Shown here piece by piece: positions 12,402 through 26,360 of a stretch of 64,000 nucleotides of DNA. Both the position numbers and the translations under genes were made by a program. The stretch comes from Cyanophora paradoxa CCMP329. Taxonomy: Eukaryota > Plantae > Glaucophyta. How positions within the stretch are numbered: the stretch's first letter is position 1; the number at the start of each line of letters is the position of its first letter. The notes beneath the pieces were generated by a model that did not search any database, was not told the DNA's origin, and saw only the letters and a list, made by a program, of their open reading frames with translations. The DNA lies in the NCBI GenBank assembly GCA_004431415.1, contig QPMI01000657.1, forward strand, positions 186,001 to 250,000. Direction: 5' to 3'.

Positions 12402-14820
12402 ATGTCCTCGGGGACCGGAGCCTCCGCGGAGTTCGTCGTCCGGGCCGCGCACGCGCGTGGCGCCGCCGACATGGACTCTATGAGCGGATCAAATGTTTTG
12501 CAATGGATCCAGAGCCTGCCGAAGCTGCCGCCGGGCAGCGATCAGCGCACGGTTCAGGACCACCTCCGCCAGTTCGAGAGCTGCGCGAGCATGAGCAAGG
12601 ACTTGCTCAGTGTCTCGCCGACTGCACACATTGAAGTGCAGAAGCGAACTGGGTGGGCTCTTCTCGGCACGCTAGATCACGGGCACCCCGTGCGCCAGAA
12701 CATCTCGCTGTTCCAGAGCGCCGAGCAGATCGACACTCGCGAGCTCGAGAAGCTGAAGGCGTACCGGGCCGAGCGTGCGCGCACGAGCACGGCGGACCCG
12801 CGAGACGTCGCGATCCTCGAGACGCTCGATGAGAAGATCGCGCAAGCCGAGGAGGGCTTGCAGCGGACCGCCCTCACGGTCACGTACACCGCGATCAGGC
12901 GCCGTCTCGAAGATGACGCCGAGATGCGGAACCCTGACCGGTACAAGGCGCTCCTCGACCTGCCGCACGTGGGCGAGGCGCCGGAGGCGTTCTATCGCCG
13001 CGTCCTCGACTTGAGCATCATCCCGGAGTGCCGCGAGGCGCACGAGACACCGCTTATGGCACTCATGCGCCACGCGGGCCAGATGCTCAAGCGCCGCACT
13101 CGCAATCAGTGCCGCGACTTCGAAGACTCCGAGATTTCGGACACCGATCGCCGGCACATGATGACGAACTTCTCCACGGCTCGGAAGATCTATGACGAGC
13201 TGTCGCAGAAGATCGCGGACCGCGAGATCACGGGACCCTCTGCGGTCATCGACCTGGTAACCAAGCGCACCAATGAACTGGGCGCCTGGGACGTCGATAT
13301 CTCCAAAGTCCCCGGCTCGGCCCTAGTGCTGGGCTCGCGCGGGACGCCGCTGCAGGCGCCCACGGCTGCCTCGCGCACGCCGCAGAGCGCGCCGCCGATC
13401 ACGCACACGCCAGCTGTCCCCGTCGTCCCCTCGCGCTCGAACGCGGGCGCCGGCGCGGGCACGCGCATCATGCTCGCGACGACGGTGTCGGAAGCCGAGA
13501 TCGCAGAGCTTGAGGCAAACGCGTACGGGTGGGACGCGGACGACGCCGAGGATCAGAACGCCGAGGTCATCTCGTTCCTGCAGCTCATTGCTCGGGACGA
13601 GCCCCTCGTCGTAGTCCGCGCGCTCTACCCGTCGGCGTCCGCACCGCCGCCCCGCCTTGACGACCCGGTCTATCAGCAGAAGATCAAAGACTTCCTGAAG
13701 GCCCGGGGTCTCCCCGAGAAGCCCCGGCGGCCGTGCCACTGCGGCGAGTCGCACTACTCGTTTGAGTGCCGGACCAACCCGCGGCCTCTGCCCGAGTGGT
13801 CGGCAATCAACCCGGCCAAGCGCCGCGGGCCAACGGGCGCAGGCACCGGTGACCCGAAGCGCCGGTTCTACCCCGCGCCGCAGGGTGGGAACGGCCGCTC
13901 GAGCCCCCCGCCCCAGCAAGCTGCAGGGCCCCGGGCGTGCTACAACTGCGGCAAAACCGGCCACCTGGCCGCGTCCTGCCCGGCCCAGGCGCAGACGCTC
14001 GAGGCCGCGGTCCGCCGCGCGCTTGCAGAACACGCCGCCGCCGCTGCAGCCCCGCCCGTGCCGCCCGCGACGCCGGCGCCCTGGGCTGACCCCAACGCCT
14101 TCACGATCGCGCGCGCCATGCTCGAGCAGGCTGCCCGAAGCGGCGCCGCCGGCCCGTCCGCGACTGCACTGCTTCCCGCGCCGACCGGCGGCCACGGGTC
14201 GGGGCCCACGGCGGCCCCGGCGCCCGCCGAGCTTGGCAAGGAAAAGCACGTGTACCGTGTGCGCATCGTGCGCAGCGACGAGGCGTTGGTCGACGATACC
14301 TTCCGAGCCTTCACCGCAGCGGCCGCGGCGCACGCCGCCGCGCTGCAGGACCCCCGGGACGGCCCCGCTCTCAACGCGGTCGCCGCAGCCGCCACCGCTT
14401 TCGCGATCGCAGTAGTGCAGCTGTCCGGGGAAAGCCGCCCAGACCTGTGCCCCACGGGAGCCGAGAGGCCGGCCCCCTGCGAGGCGCAGGACCTGTTGCC
14501 GACCCGCCCGGAGTCGGGCCTGGACGAGGGGGAGAAGAAGGTCGCGTTCGACGCAGTGGACGCCGCCCTCGAGGAAATCGCACTCCTCTTGGCGGCCGCC
14601 CCGGACCCAACGGAGGTCGAGGGCGCTGACGCAGCAGCGAAGGGTCCCGCGCCGACGCCCGTGCCGACTTCTTTCCCCGCCGAGCTCGCCGCCGGCATCG
14701 TGGACGCCGCCCTTGAGGAGGTCGCACTCCTCTTGGCGGCCGCCCCGGACCCAACGGAGGTCGAGGGCGCTGACGCAGAAGCGAAGGGTCCCGAGCCCGC
14801 GACGGAGCTCGCTCCCACCA
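12402..14820 (+). CDS. gag: Gag region of the retrotransposon polyprotein, with two zinc knuckles
   Basis: Variant knuckle CHCGESHYSFEC (13734-13769) and canonical CCHC CYNCGKTGHLAASC (13938-13979). Helical capsid-like region upstream. 31-aa internal duplication (14556-14649 / 14700-14793). Confidence 0.85.
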
Positions 14821-17800
14821 AGTCGGTCCCGAGACCGCCGCCGCCGAGGCTCCGGCGGACCCCGCCGCCGGCGTGGGCTGCTGCCTGGGGTACTCCTCGG
14901 GGGCCGAGACGGTAGCGAGCCTCGAGGTGACCGACGACGGCGCCTCCCTCGCCGACGAGGACGCGACCGTAGCGTCTAAGGAGACCCTGCGCCTCAACCG
15001 CGCTCGCCTCCTCAGCGCTAGCCCCGGCCTAGACCTCACTCACTTCGGAGCCGTTGAGTTAGAGCCGGTGAAGGGCCGCGAGCACGAGCTGGGGCCCGTT
15101 CCTCTCTGGAACGTGGACGCGCACAAGCTGAAGGGCGCCGCGTCGGTCCCGCTCGACCGCGCGGCGTTCCTGTACCCAGCGCCGTGCGAGACTCACTGCG
15201 GCTGCACTGTGAGCGAGGGGCTGATCGAGGTCCGGGACGAGCAGTGGTATGCCACTGCGTTCCGCTGCCCGGCCCGCACCCGCCAGACGCTCTCCTTCTT
15301 GCTTGCGGCGTTCTCTCAGCCGCTCGCCACCGAGAGCACGTACCTCGGCTCGCGGACCCTCCCACTGCGTTCCTGCAGATGCTGGGGCATGACCCGCTGT
15401 CCCAGGACACGCTGGCTCACGCCTGGCCGACGCACTATTATGAAATCATGAGCCTCACGCACCAGGCCTCTCGCGTCGCCGCGAAGTGGGCCGGGGGCCA
15501 CGCGTGGCCGCACGCCGAGGGCCTCACGCCCGAGGGTCGCCCCGCAGTCGAGCCCGACGCCCACAAGCTTACGAAGCTTGGGGACGAGTGCGTCGCTACC
15601 GCCGGCTGGCTGGAGCCATACCGCCGCCACTGGAGCATTGGCCAGCACTCGCCCGTGGCGGCCTCTCTCGAGCCGCACGAGATGACAGTGTCGGGCCGCC
15701 GCCAGCTAATCGAGCTGAGCGAGCTGTTGCCGGCACAGGACCGCCTCCGCCTTGCGTGCGCCTCGACTGTTGCGGGCTATTTCCTGCACCGCGTCGACTA
15801 CGGTGCCCCGGGCACCGCCGGCGCCGTCGAGAAGATCCTCGGCCGCTTCTTTAAGTTCGCCGAGCCGCTCATGGTGGACGCGCGGGTCGACGCCTATGGC
15901 TTCGCCCTGCTGGCCCTCGAGCACGCGATCCAGTGGAAGACCGTGGCTTGCATCGGCGGCCGCGCCGGTCCCCACGACGCCCACAAGAGCGCCGTTGCCC
16001 TGGCCGACGGGAACCCTCTTGTCCCCTCGGACTCGGAGTTCACGGAAGCCGTTCACTCGCTTGCCGTCCTGGCTGCCTCCGTTGAGGTTCCGATCCCGGG
16101 GCGGGCACGTCTCCGCTCGGATCGGGACGCCGAGGGATGGCTGCGGGCAGCGCTCGCGGAGCGTCTGACTGCGTACCGCGACGGCCGTGCCCCGCCTTCC
16201 CGGTCGTGAGCGAGGGCGAGTCCCGCACGGTTGAACGCGTTCCGGTGGAGCCCCGCGTCGCCGCCGCCCGCGTTCTGCACCTCCGGGACCTGCACTTGTG
16301 CGACACCTGGCTGCACTGGCCGCGCCTGCACGGGGCAGAGCCTGGCACGTGGAGGGTCGGCCGCGTGCGCCCGATCACGCGCACCACGCAGTTGCCCCTG
16401 CACGGCACGACGCGAGGCGGGCAGCTGCCCACGATCGTGCCTGAGGAGCTCTACGTGCTGAGCCAGCTCGGCCCGCGCCCGCCGCTCACCGCCCTGTGCG
16501 ATGCAGCCTGGGCCCGCACGGTTCCCGGATCCGCCGGGGCCGCGGAGCTGCTCCGGTACATCGAGGGGGCCAAGGCGGGCGACCGGGCCCACCTCGTCAT
16601 TCTATTCCGTAGGCTGCTGAAGAAGCGGGCCGGTTTCAATGACGAGGCTGTCAAGGACATGATCGCGCTCGTGGAGAAGTGGCGCACGGATGCGGGCAGC
16701 CGCACCCCACTCCTCTCCACGACCTGCCCACCACGCCGAAGCCGGCGTCGGACACGACGGGCGCCTACACGGCGAAGGCCGTCAGCGCGACGATCAAGGA
16801 GGCTAAGGCCTGCCTGCCGCCGCGCCCGCCTGTGAAGGCGCTCTCGCCGAGGGACCCGCCAGCGCCGGCGCGGCCGGCGCCCGTTCCTGTCCCGCCGCCT
16901 GCACCGACGGCGAAGCTCGTGACCTTGCACGCCGCGGCAACATGGCCGCCGCTTGCGAGCCCGATGGCGCCGCGGCCCACCGCCGCTCCGACGCCGCCCG
17001 CCACTGAGCCCGCGCCTGTCGAGCCTCGCCTGAGCGAGCCGCTACTCGACGTCGCGCGCGCGACCGCGCCGGCTCCCCGGCAGGCCGCCCGTCGCGGCGA
17101 GCGTGGCCGCGGGGACGGGGTCGTGCGCGTCAGCACCCGTGGGCGCGGCTCGCAGGGGCCACGAACCCGCAGCGCCCGCCGTGGGCAGGCTGAGGGGGAA
17201 GACGCCGAGATGGGCGAGCGGGGCGACGGCGATGAGGCGCCCGAGGAAGCGCCGCCGCCGCCGCCGCCGTCGGCTATCGATGAGAACCTGAGCCAGCGGG
17301 CCCTGTACGAGGCTATGGGCGTGATGAGCGGCGTCCTCGCAGTGCCGGGGTGCCCGCCTCGGCTCTGTGAGGGGAAACAGATCACCGAGTGGCCCATGAC
17401 GGCCCGGTCTGATCTCGCCCACCGCTGGAGCATCCCCTTCGACGCACTGAAGGGCACGTTCGAGGACCTGCGGGTCCCGCACCTCAAGGCGTTTCTCGCC
17501 AGCGAGAGGAGCACGCCAATCCAGAACCGCCTGGATGGGCCGCCCGTGCCGCACGAGGAGCCGCCGGAGGGCCGCGTCGCGCTCAGAGCCGATCGCACCG
17601 TTCGCCTCGCGCGGCTCAACGCGGCCGCGTTCGAGCTCTTCATGATCGCGCTGGGGCTCCGTGGCCCCGTCACGCCCCACTCCCACGATCTCCCGTTCCA
17701 CCTGCATGAGTGGACGGAGCAGCAGTTGGAGCACTTCCTGACTCTGCGTTGGACGATCCCTGCCACGCGCCTGCCGCGGTGGACGCACGGGGGCCGCTTC

Positions 17801-20800
17801 AACCCGAGCGCGGCCGTCATCCCGCCGCAGTGGGCCCAGTACCTCTTGCGTGCTCACACCATGTTCCGCGCCGAGGCGGTTGGGACCACCGTTCCCTCCG
17901 CGGAACGCGCCGGCCTGGAGTTCCCGTACGGGGTTCGCTGGCTGCGCCGCCACCTGCAGCTAGGGACGCGCGCGCAGGAGGAAGCCGCCGAGAGCGACCC
18001 GCACAGGGGCTTGGCCCTGACCGCCCAGCGCGCGGCCTTCCAGGAGAAGGTCTTGCATGCCCTCGAGCGTCACGCTGCACGGCAGTCGTTCACGTTCGAC
18101 GATGCGCTTGTGGGCACCTACATCGCCGATGAGCCTGAGCCCCGCCTCGAGCCGCTCGACATTGACCATGTCGAGAGCGAAGAGGAAGAGGGCGAGAAGG
18201 AAGAGGCGCCGGCTGCCATCCCTGCGGCGGCGCACAGGCCGTTCGAGCCGCACAAGGACTGGCAGCCGCGGCCGCTGTTCTCGTTGGCGGACCCGACGTA
18301 CGCCAACGATCACAAGCTCTTGCGCGAGTACATGGACCGGAAACACGCGTTTTTCCGGCCCCTGGAATGCTATGAGCCAGGGTTCACTGAATGGGCAACG
18401 CTGCCCGCGATCAGCTACCCCTTGCGCTGGCAGCACGCCGGCGACGTTGACGAGTACAACGTCGACGTGCTCACGCTGCAGGACCAGCACATGGGCGAGC
18501 TGTGCTCAACTATGCTCAAGCGCGTCGGCCCCGCCGCGCGCGGCATAGTGAACTGGTTCTCGCTCGTAGGCCCGCCTCAGCGGCCGTTCGACGAGGATCC
18601 GGAGCTCTTCGACCTGCAGGGGCTTGCATTCCCGCACGCCGCCTGCGGCGTCAGCTTGGATATCGTGCAGTACCTCGCGGTCGGGACCCGTACCGCACAG
18701 TCTGCCGTCCCGACGTACACGGGCGCCTGGGATCTCACGCACGAGGGCACAGCCCACGCACCCGTGTGTTCGACCCTGGGCCAGGTCTCGCGGGTGCTGT
18801 ATACCGCCTTCTTCCACGAAGGCGGCGGCGCGCGGAACGCCCCGCCGCCGTACATGCCGCACCCCGAGCGCCCCACCCTGCACACCTCAGTCTTGGGCGG
18901 TAACATCGCCGACCCGAACGAGGAGGACGCCAGGACGCCGTTCGCGACCCGCTTCGCGCGCGACGTCGCCGTGCTGGCCCTGCTGCGCCCGCTCGCCGAC
19001 AAGCGCGTCGAGAACGTTGAGGGTCGCCTGCAGACGCGGCGCATCTACGCGCCCCGCCTCGTGGCAGGCACGGCCACGCCCGCGCCGAACGCTGCCTGCG
19101 ACAAGGACGTCGCAGGGGGCGCGCCGCACCAGCGCGAGAACAAGAAGCTGTGGCTCGCAGTGACGGTCGCCCAGCTTGCGAGCCAGCCCAAGAAGAGCCA
19201 CGCGAACCCGCGGCTCGTCACCGCGTTCGGTTACGAGCTGCCGCCTTTCCCGAACTCACCTCCGGGGACGTGCCCTTGGGCGCCGATCCCGGCGGAAGAG
19301 GAAATCCTCGCGACGGCCATCGGTTTTACGCTGGCCTGGCACGCGCGCTTCTTCCAGCGTCACGCGCCGGGCAAGCACCTCCGCAGCCAGCACTGGGCTG
19401 ATGACTTTCTGTCGGCTGCGGCCATGGACGTCGAGTCGGAACGCCCGGCTGACTACGTCCCGAGATCGCTCGGGCGGTCGCCGATCACATGGATGACTTC
19501 AACAAGGTGTTGAACTCGTTCCGCTGCGTGGTGCCGGACGGTCTGATGGTGTTCATTCACGAGGCCTTCCTGACTAAGCCGACGGCCAAGCCGGACCGCG
19601 GGTCCGACGTCTTGCCTCAGGGCAAGAAGGTCTTCGACGCGGACGCGAGGCCGACGTACCCGGACGGTCATCCCACGCTTGCGTGGAAGTTTGGCCCGAA
19701 CAATGCGGTCGTGCCGGACCACGAGGGTCGTGCGGCGATCTGTGGGCGGATCCTGCTCGCGATGCTGCAGGGCTTCCAGTATCCCGCATCCCGCTGCTCG
19801 CGCAGCGGGTGGACAACTGTGCGCCCCTGAACGCCGCCATGCCCCAGAACGTGGCCGAGGTCTTCAGGGCCCTCTTGCGCACTATGACGAGGGATGAGTG
19901 CGCCGACTCGGATGCCCGCGCGCTGGCGGACGGCATCCGCGCGTACCTCACAAACATGCCGCACGGTCTCGGGTACCAGCGTCTTGAGCTCGGCTCGCCC
20001 CCGATGGCCGGCGCCGAGGACGCGTGGCCCGCCGGCGATGACCTTGGCGCCGGGGGCAAGAGTGGGATACAGCGCCACCTTGAGGCCGCCCGCGCCGCCG
20101 AGGAGCTGGAGAACTGTCCCGGGAACTTCCCGCTGGGGCTCATCTTTACCGATGAGGCTATACCCCTGCGGCCTCAGTTCGAGACGATGCTCCGTTCGCT
20201 CTACGCCGATCTGAATGTCGCGATCCGCCTCGCGCGCCCGATCGACTGGGAGACGGACGACCCCGTGCTCCCCGACTGGGACGTTGAGGCTCTGCGCCCG
20301 GCGCTGATGTGGGACGCGGTCCAGAACAAGGGCGCCGCGCCCTCGGCCCGGCGCAGCCTGACTGCGACGGCGGCTGTCGATAAGGAGGCCGAAAGCCTTC
20401 TGGTTCGCACGCCGTACCAGCCGATCTACGAAGGAGCGGTCCGCGCGACGTGGGCGGGCGTGCGGTTCCAGCCGCCCTCAACCATCGTCGGCGGGCTCGC
20501 GGACGACCCCGCCGAGGCGGCGCCATCCGCCACCCGTCGGCGCCCGCGCCGGCGCAGGCCGCTGCGCAGACCGCCGCGCCGCCGACGGCGCCGCAGCAGG
20601 CGCGGCCCCGGCGCAACGCGGGCCAGGCCGTTGGCCGAGGCGGCCGCGGGCAGGGTCACCAGCGGGGCGGCCGGCACCGCGGTCGCGACGGCCGAGGCCA
20701 CCGTGACCGTGGCGGCGACCGCGGCGGTGGCCAGGCGCAACCCGCACAACCCGCTGTCGACCCGAACGACCCGTTCGGGCTGGATGCGTTCCTCGCGCGG

Positions 20801-23440
20801 CAGCAGGGGTATGACCCCAAGACCATGCGCGTAACCGTCTCGGACGGGAAGGTGAAGGTCGAGCGGATCGCCGAGAGCGCTCCGCCAGACCAAGCCCCGC
20901 CGGCTGAGACTCCCTCCCGGACCTTGATGCCGCCGCCCAGCTCGAGCCGCCAGGCCGAGGCAAGCTCGAGCCGCAGGGACGACACGGCCAGTCGCGCGTC
21001 GCAGGCCCGCCGGACCCCTGAGCGGGCCTCGTCTCAGCGCCGCTCGCGCACACCCGAGCCGCGCCGAGCCCCGTCCAGTCGCCGCTCTCGCACCCCAGAC
21101 AGGCGCGAGACGCGGGGCCCCTCCACGCGCCGCGAGCGCTCCCCGGAGCCCCACCGGCAATCCCGGGCGCCGCCGCCGTCCCGCCGTTCGTTGGAACGCC
21201 GCGATCGCGAGGGCTCCCGACGCCCTTCGCCGGACCGCCGGGACCGCGAGGCCTCCCGCCGCCGCTCCCCGGACCGCCGTGATCGCTCGCCGCCGCGCCG
21301 CGACCGCAGCCCGCCGAGCCGACGGTCCACGGCTCGCGACACTCGCGACAGGCGGAGCCCTCGCCGAGGCTCGCGGGAACGCCGCCGGAGCCGAACACCG
21401 TCCCGCTCTAGCTCCCGCTCGCGCTCGCGCGATCGGAGCCCGAGCCGGAGCCCCGCCATGACGATAAGCGGCGCAAAAGCTCGAAGAAGGGCTCGCGCGA
21501 CCGCGCCTCGCCGCGAGACCGCCGCAGCCCTCGCAGCAGCCAGTCCTCTCGCCGCCCGCCGGACCCGCCGCGCGGCGCCGTAGACGCTGCGTACAAGCGG
21601 CACGAGAACGACGCCCGCCTGCGAGGCTGCCCGCCCACATTGCGCGAGCTCTTCGACATGGTCTGGAAGGCGCAGTACGCTGAGATGCCAGACTCGCTCT
21701 CGGCGTCCGCGCGAGCTGAGCAGGCCACCGCGCTGGTCCTGATCAAGCTCCAGAACCAGATGGACGCTCAGTCCGCGTCGTCCTCGGCCCGCGCCGCCGC
21801 GCCACCATCGGGTGGGCAGCCGCCGACGGGCGGACGCAACGAGCGCCAGCAGCCCTTTCTAGAGGGGCCTGAGGGGCAGAGCGAGGCCGGTCCGCAGTCG
21901 GCGGCGCCGTCCAAGCCTGCGGAGGGTCGCGCCTCCATCTCTCAGGCCCAGGAGCGGTCATCGCGTGCGAGCCAGGCCGAGCCGCCGCGCGCAGACCAGT
22001 CGACGCCGGAGCAGCCGCGCGCCTCAGTGGCCGCGCCGCGCGCCTCCGCCGCCACGACTTTCAACCCCCAGGCTGACGTCCCAGCAGGGGGCCTCCTGCA
22101 GTTTGTGCGCGAGTGCTCGAGCTGCCGCGACGTGAAGATCCGGGCCAAGGGGTCACGGAATTGGGGCTTTGGCTTCAAACAGTCGAGCGCCAGATCCGCA
22201 CCGCCGCTAGCCACGCCGAGACGCGCGCCAAGCCCGGCGGCGCTCAGAAGGTCTCAGACGAAGCCTTCGCCCAGGCAAAGCAGGCCGCTCGGCGGGCCCT
22301 GGAAGACGTCTGCCGCGCCCTCCGGGCCGGCATCGATATGCAGATCAGCCTCTCCGCTGGGGAGACGGGCATGATGATCTCGCTCCTCCCAGACGGGCCC
22401 CGTGCCGATCTCGAGGCTCTGCGGGCCACGCTCGATCGCACCAAAGACTGGCGAGCCTTGCTTGAGCGCGAGCGCCAGCACGAGGCTCGCGTGGCAATGC
22501 AGGCCGCGGCAAAAGCCAACCCAAAGCCCTTCTTCGCGGTATACACCGTCGCAGAAGCGTCGTCACCCCGCGGGCACGAGGCCCGCGCGCCCTGTGACCT
22601 TCCCGCCCACTTGCATACGCCGGCGTCGGTCCGGGCCGCTGTGCCGGTGCCGGCGGACGAGAAGTACATCTCGATCCGCCGCGTCCAGACGGTCGTCCAC
22701 GAGCCGCCCGCTCAAACAGTCGCGCCGCCGGCGCCAGCCGCGCCGCCCGCCCCGGCCCCACCAAAGAGCCGCGAGCCTGCGCCGGCCTGGGCCCGCCGCC
22801 TGCTGCACAAGCTCGGGCCGCGCTCGACCGTGCTGGTCTTCAACTGGCTGTCGAACCCCGCGCAAATGCTGCAGGTCGATCCAAAGACCCTGGAGCCCGC
22901 CTTACGCGCGGTGCATCAGGCGATCATGGACCGCTACGGCATCTCGATGCGCAAAACGGGCTACAAGGCCCCGCCACGGCCGACTCGCGCGTGGTTCTCG
23001 GGTTCAGCGCCGACAGCGGCGTTCGCCCCGCAGAACGCGCTCGAGGCCGCCGCGATCATTTACCCCGAGGGCCTGACCTCCGACGAGGAAGCTCTCATGC
23101 CCGCGGGCCACGCCCTGGGCTCCAAAAACCGCCCGTCCCTCGCCGTGCCCCGCCCGGCAGAGGAGACGCCGCTGGGAACGCGCGCCGGCTATGACCCGCC
23201 CAGCGACGAGTTGCTCTACGCCAACCGCCACGGCCCGGGCCCGCGCAAGCGGACCAAGCCCTCGCCGTTGGCCGACCAGGCAGAGCAGCGCCGAGTCGCC
23301 GAGCGAGCCGCGGCTCGCCAGTCCCGGCCCCCATCCCCAACCGCAAGCGCAACGGACCTGTCGGGTCCACCCGCGCCGCCGGAACCAGAATTCCACGTCC
23401 GCCGCGCCCGACCTAGCTTCCCGCGCGACCGGGCCCTGGA
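14821..23440 (+). CDS. Large unknown polyprotein segment between Gag and protease (frameshift-broken), including RGG and RS-rich tracts
   Basis: Overlapping ORFs starting at 14873, 15184, 16137, 16679, 19489, 19683, 20450, 21640 and 22113 chain by successive -1 frame steps. The sequence is complex and W/H/C-rich, so it looks globular, and alternates with P/A linkers. Confidence 0.75.
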
Positions 23441-23870
23441 ATTCTTCCGGCCAAAGACACTGCACATTCACGGCAGCATTGCTATGCGCCTGCCGAACGG
23501 CCGCTCCGGCGCTGAACGGCCCGCTCGCATTGTTGTCGACACGGGCGCCCAGGGAACTGTAGTTCCCCAGGAAGTCCTCGACCGCCTGCCGCCCGACGAA
23601 GTCAATTACGTCGAGGGCCACACGATAGTCCGCGGTTTCATGGACCGGGACAAAATTCGTTGTCGCCGCGCCGACGTAGTCTTCGTTCTGGGCTCGCTCC
23701 GCTTCTGCCGCCGCGTCTTCGTCGTCCCGCGCGGCGCCATGGGCGTTGAGCCGGACATTCTGCTCGGCCTGGACGCGATCCAGGCCGTCCACGGCCAGAT
23801 CGACACGACGCTGTCCGGGTGGTGCCTCCGGGCCCGTGACCACCTGCACCGCGAAGTCGTCGTCCCTTTT
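23441..23870 (+). CDS. pol: Retropepsin aspartic protease domain
   Basis: ARIVVDTGAQGTVV (DTG at 23538-23546) and downstream DILLGLDAI (ILG-x-D motif). Confidence 0.9.
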
Positions 23871-23879
23871 CGGCTCCGG

Positions 23880-24170
23880 ACCAGCTTGGGATCCTGGTCC
23901 GAGTCCTGGGACCAGTAAAGCTCCCCGTCGGAGAGGCCCTCGTCCCATGCACGCTCAATGGGCAGGGCCCGGCAACGCGTGAGTTGCCGCACCTCTACGT
24001 CGAGCCGTCGCCGGAGTCCCCGCAAGCCTTGGGCGTACTCTGCCCTTACCAGCTGCATAATCACCCGGGAGACAAAATGTTTCACGTGCGGTTGTGCAAT
24101 CCTGGCCGGCAGCCGGTAACCCTGCCGCTAGGATCGGTAGTAGCGGTCGCTTCGGCGGTCGCCCTACCGC
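23880..24170 (+). CDS. Degenerate dUTPase-fold-like spacer between PR and RT
   Basis: VRVLGPVKLPVGEALVPC...FHVRLCNPGRQPVTLPLGSVVAV resembles the dUTPase V-x-L-x-N...x-I-x-x-G-x-x-IA segment. No catalytic motifs recognised. Confidence 0.4.
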
Positions 24171-24899
24171 CTGGTGATTTTGAGTACGAACCTGAGCAAA
24201 TGCCTTGTAGTGCGAGTGCATTGACAGACCTCTTGATTCGCCGGCTGCGAATCGTGCCTGCCAAACGCCGCACTGGACTCCGCCACTTTAATAGAAAAGC
24301 ACGCATGCTTGGCGCGGCATATGAGCCCGCCAAAGACGTTGAGAAAATAATCTCCACCCTACGTTCTGTCGTAGATGAGGCGGAAAAGCAGCGCGCTCTG
24401 TCTAGCGCAGCGCCTGCTGAGCCCGCCGACCCACCCGCGCACCGCCCTACGACGTCGACGATATAGTCGTCACGTTTGGCGAGCTGCCCTTCGACACAGC
24501 CGACCGGCCGTTGCAGGACCTTGATGCTATGAGCATCATTAGCCTCGACGACGATGCTATGAGCACGTCGTCACGAAGCGCGTCCCCAACGCCGGCCCCG
24601 ATCACAGGCCCCTCGGTCGACGAGTTCGTCGCCGCAGTCGAGGCAGTGTCCGTCCCCAGAGACGCCACCCTGCGCTCGACCTTCCCCGGTCTCTCCGAAA
24701 AAGCGGAGCGCGACTTGCTCGATGCAGTCCGCGCCATGCGCGGCGACGTTACGGTCCGCAAGGCCGCACCGGTCGCCGACGCCGAGGCCCACCCCAGAGT
24801 GTGGTCACAGCCTCGCTTTCGGCCCGGCCCGATGCCCCACCCCCTACGACTGCAGCACCCGACGCGAAGCCCGCTGAGGCACCGCGGCCGGTGCCTAAT

Positions 24900-26360
24900 G
24901 CAGAGGAGGAGTGGCAAGAGCTGCTGAAGAAGATTCCTGAGCTCGGCTCTCACCCGTCAATCACGACGGCGCAGAAAGCCGAACTTCACGCGCTCCTGCG
25001 GCGCTACAAGGATGTCTTCGCAGACAAGGTCGAGGCCAAAGAGGGCACCAGCAACCTGCTCTATTACGAGCACGTGATCAAACTCACGACTCGCCTTCCG
25101 GTGTTCACGCCTCCGCGGCGTATGAACCCGCACGCCGAGGAACACGCCCGCAAGGAAATTCAGAAACTCCTTGAGCTTGGGCTGATCGAGCCCTCCCAAG
25201 CGGCATATGGCTCGCCGGTAGTGCTGGCCCCAAAAAGGACGGCACTTGGCGTTTCTGTGTCGACTATCGGAGGCTGAATCAGATCACCGAGCGGGACGTG
25301 TTTCCCCTACCCCGCATAGACGACCAGCTCGAGCGCCTCCGCGGCTCGATGGTCTTCTCGACTGCTGACGCGACTGCCGGCTTCTGGCAGCTGCCTCTGC
25401 ACCCCGGCTCCCGAGCCTACACTGCATTTGTGGTCCCCTGGGGTCACTTTCAGTGGAAGGTTACGCCGTTTGGGGTCACGAACGGGCCCGCGGCATTCTC
25501 CGCGCGATCACTGCGATCCTGGGCCCCTTGCTGACCACCTGCGTCGTCGCGTACATCGACGATATCACGGTCTTCTCACCGTCCATCGATCAGCACCTTC
25601 TAGACTTGAAGGCGCTCTTCGAGACGATCTCTAAGGCGAACCTGCGCCTGAAGCCGTCGAAGTGCCGCTTCTGCGTGCCTGAAATCGACCTTCTCGGCCA
25701 CCGCATCTCCGCCGAAGGGATCCGCCAGGACCCTGCGAAGACCAAGGTGATCACGGACTGGCAGACGCCGAAGAACGCGGACGAGCTCCGCTCGTTCCTC
25801 GGCCTCGCCGGCTACTACCGCCGCTTTGTCGAGAACTTCTCCAAAGTGGTGCACGCCATGCAGCGCCTTCTATTGAAGGACGCCGTCTGGAGTTGGCCAG
25901 AGGACGGCCCCGCCGACCGCGCCTTTAAGGAGCTGAAAGAACTCCTGGGCCGCGATATTATATTGCGGTTCCCGGACTTCTCGAAGCCCTTCATTCTCCA
26001 GACGGACGCCAGCACCTACGCTATCGGCGCAATTCTGAGCCAGGCCGACGACAAAGGCGTCGAGCGGCCGCTCGCGTTCATCAGCCGCACGCTGCTGCCG
26101 GCCGAGATGAACTACTCCGCTACGGAGCTGGAGTGCCTCGCAGTAGTCTGGGCCATTAAGTATTGGCGCCACTATCTGCTGGGCGGCCCCCAGTTCCTGG
26201 TGCGGACCGACCACCACGCCCTCCAGTGGCTGAAGACGCTGGACCCGACGACGGGCCGCCTCGGTCGCTGGTCCCTGCTCTTGCAGGCCTACGACTTTGA
26301 GATCGTCTACCGCCCTGGCAAGCAGAACGGGGGTCCCGACGCGTGCTCGCGTCTCCCTAA
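24900..26360 (+). CDS. pol: Reverse transcriptase + RNase H (two apparent frameshifts)
   Basis: RT: HVIKL...IEPSQAAYGSPVVLAP(K)KDGTWRFCVDYRRLN...FPLPRIDD...DATAGFWQ...TPFGVTNGPAAF...YIDD (25552-25563)...FLGLAGYYRRF. RNase H: LQTDAS...ELECLAVVWA...TDHHAL...DACSR. Confidence 0.97.
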
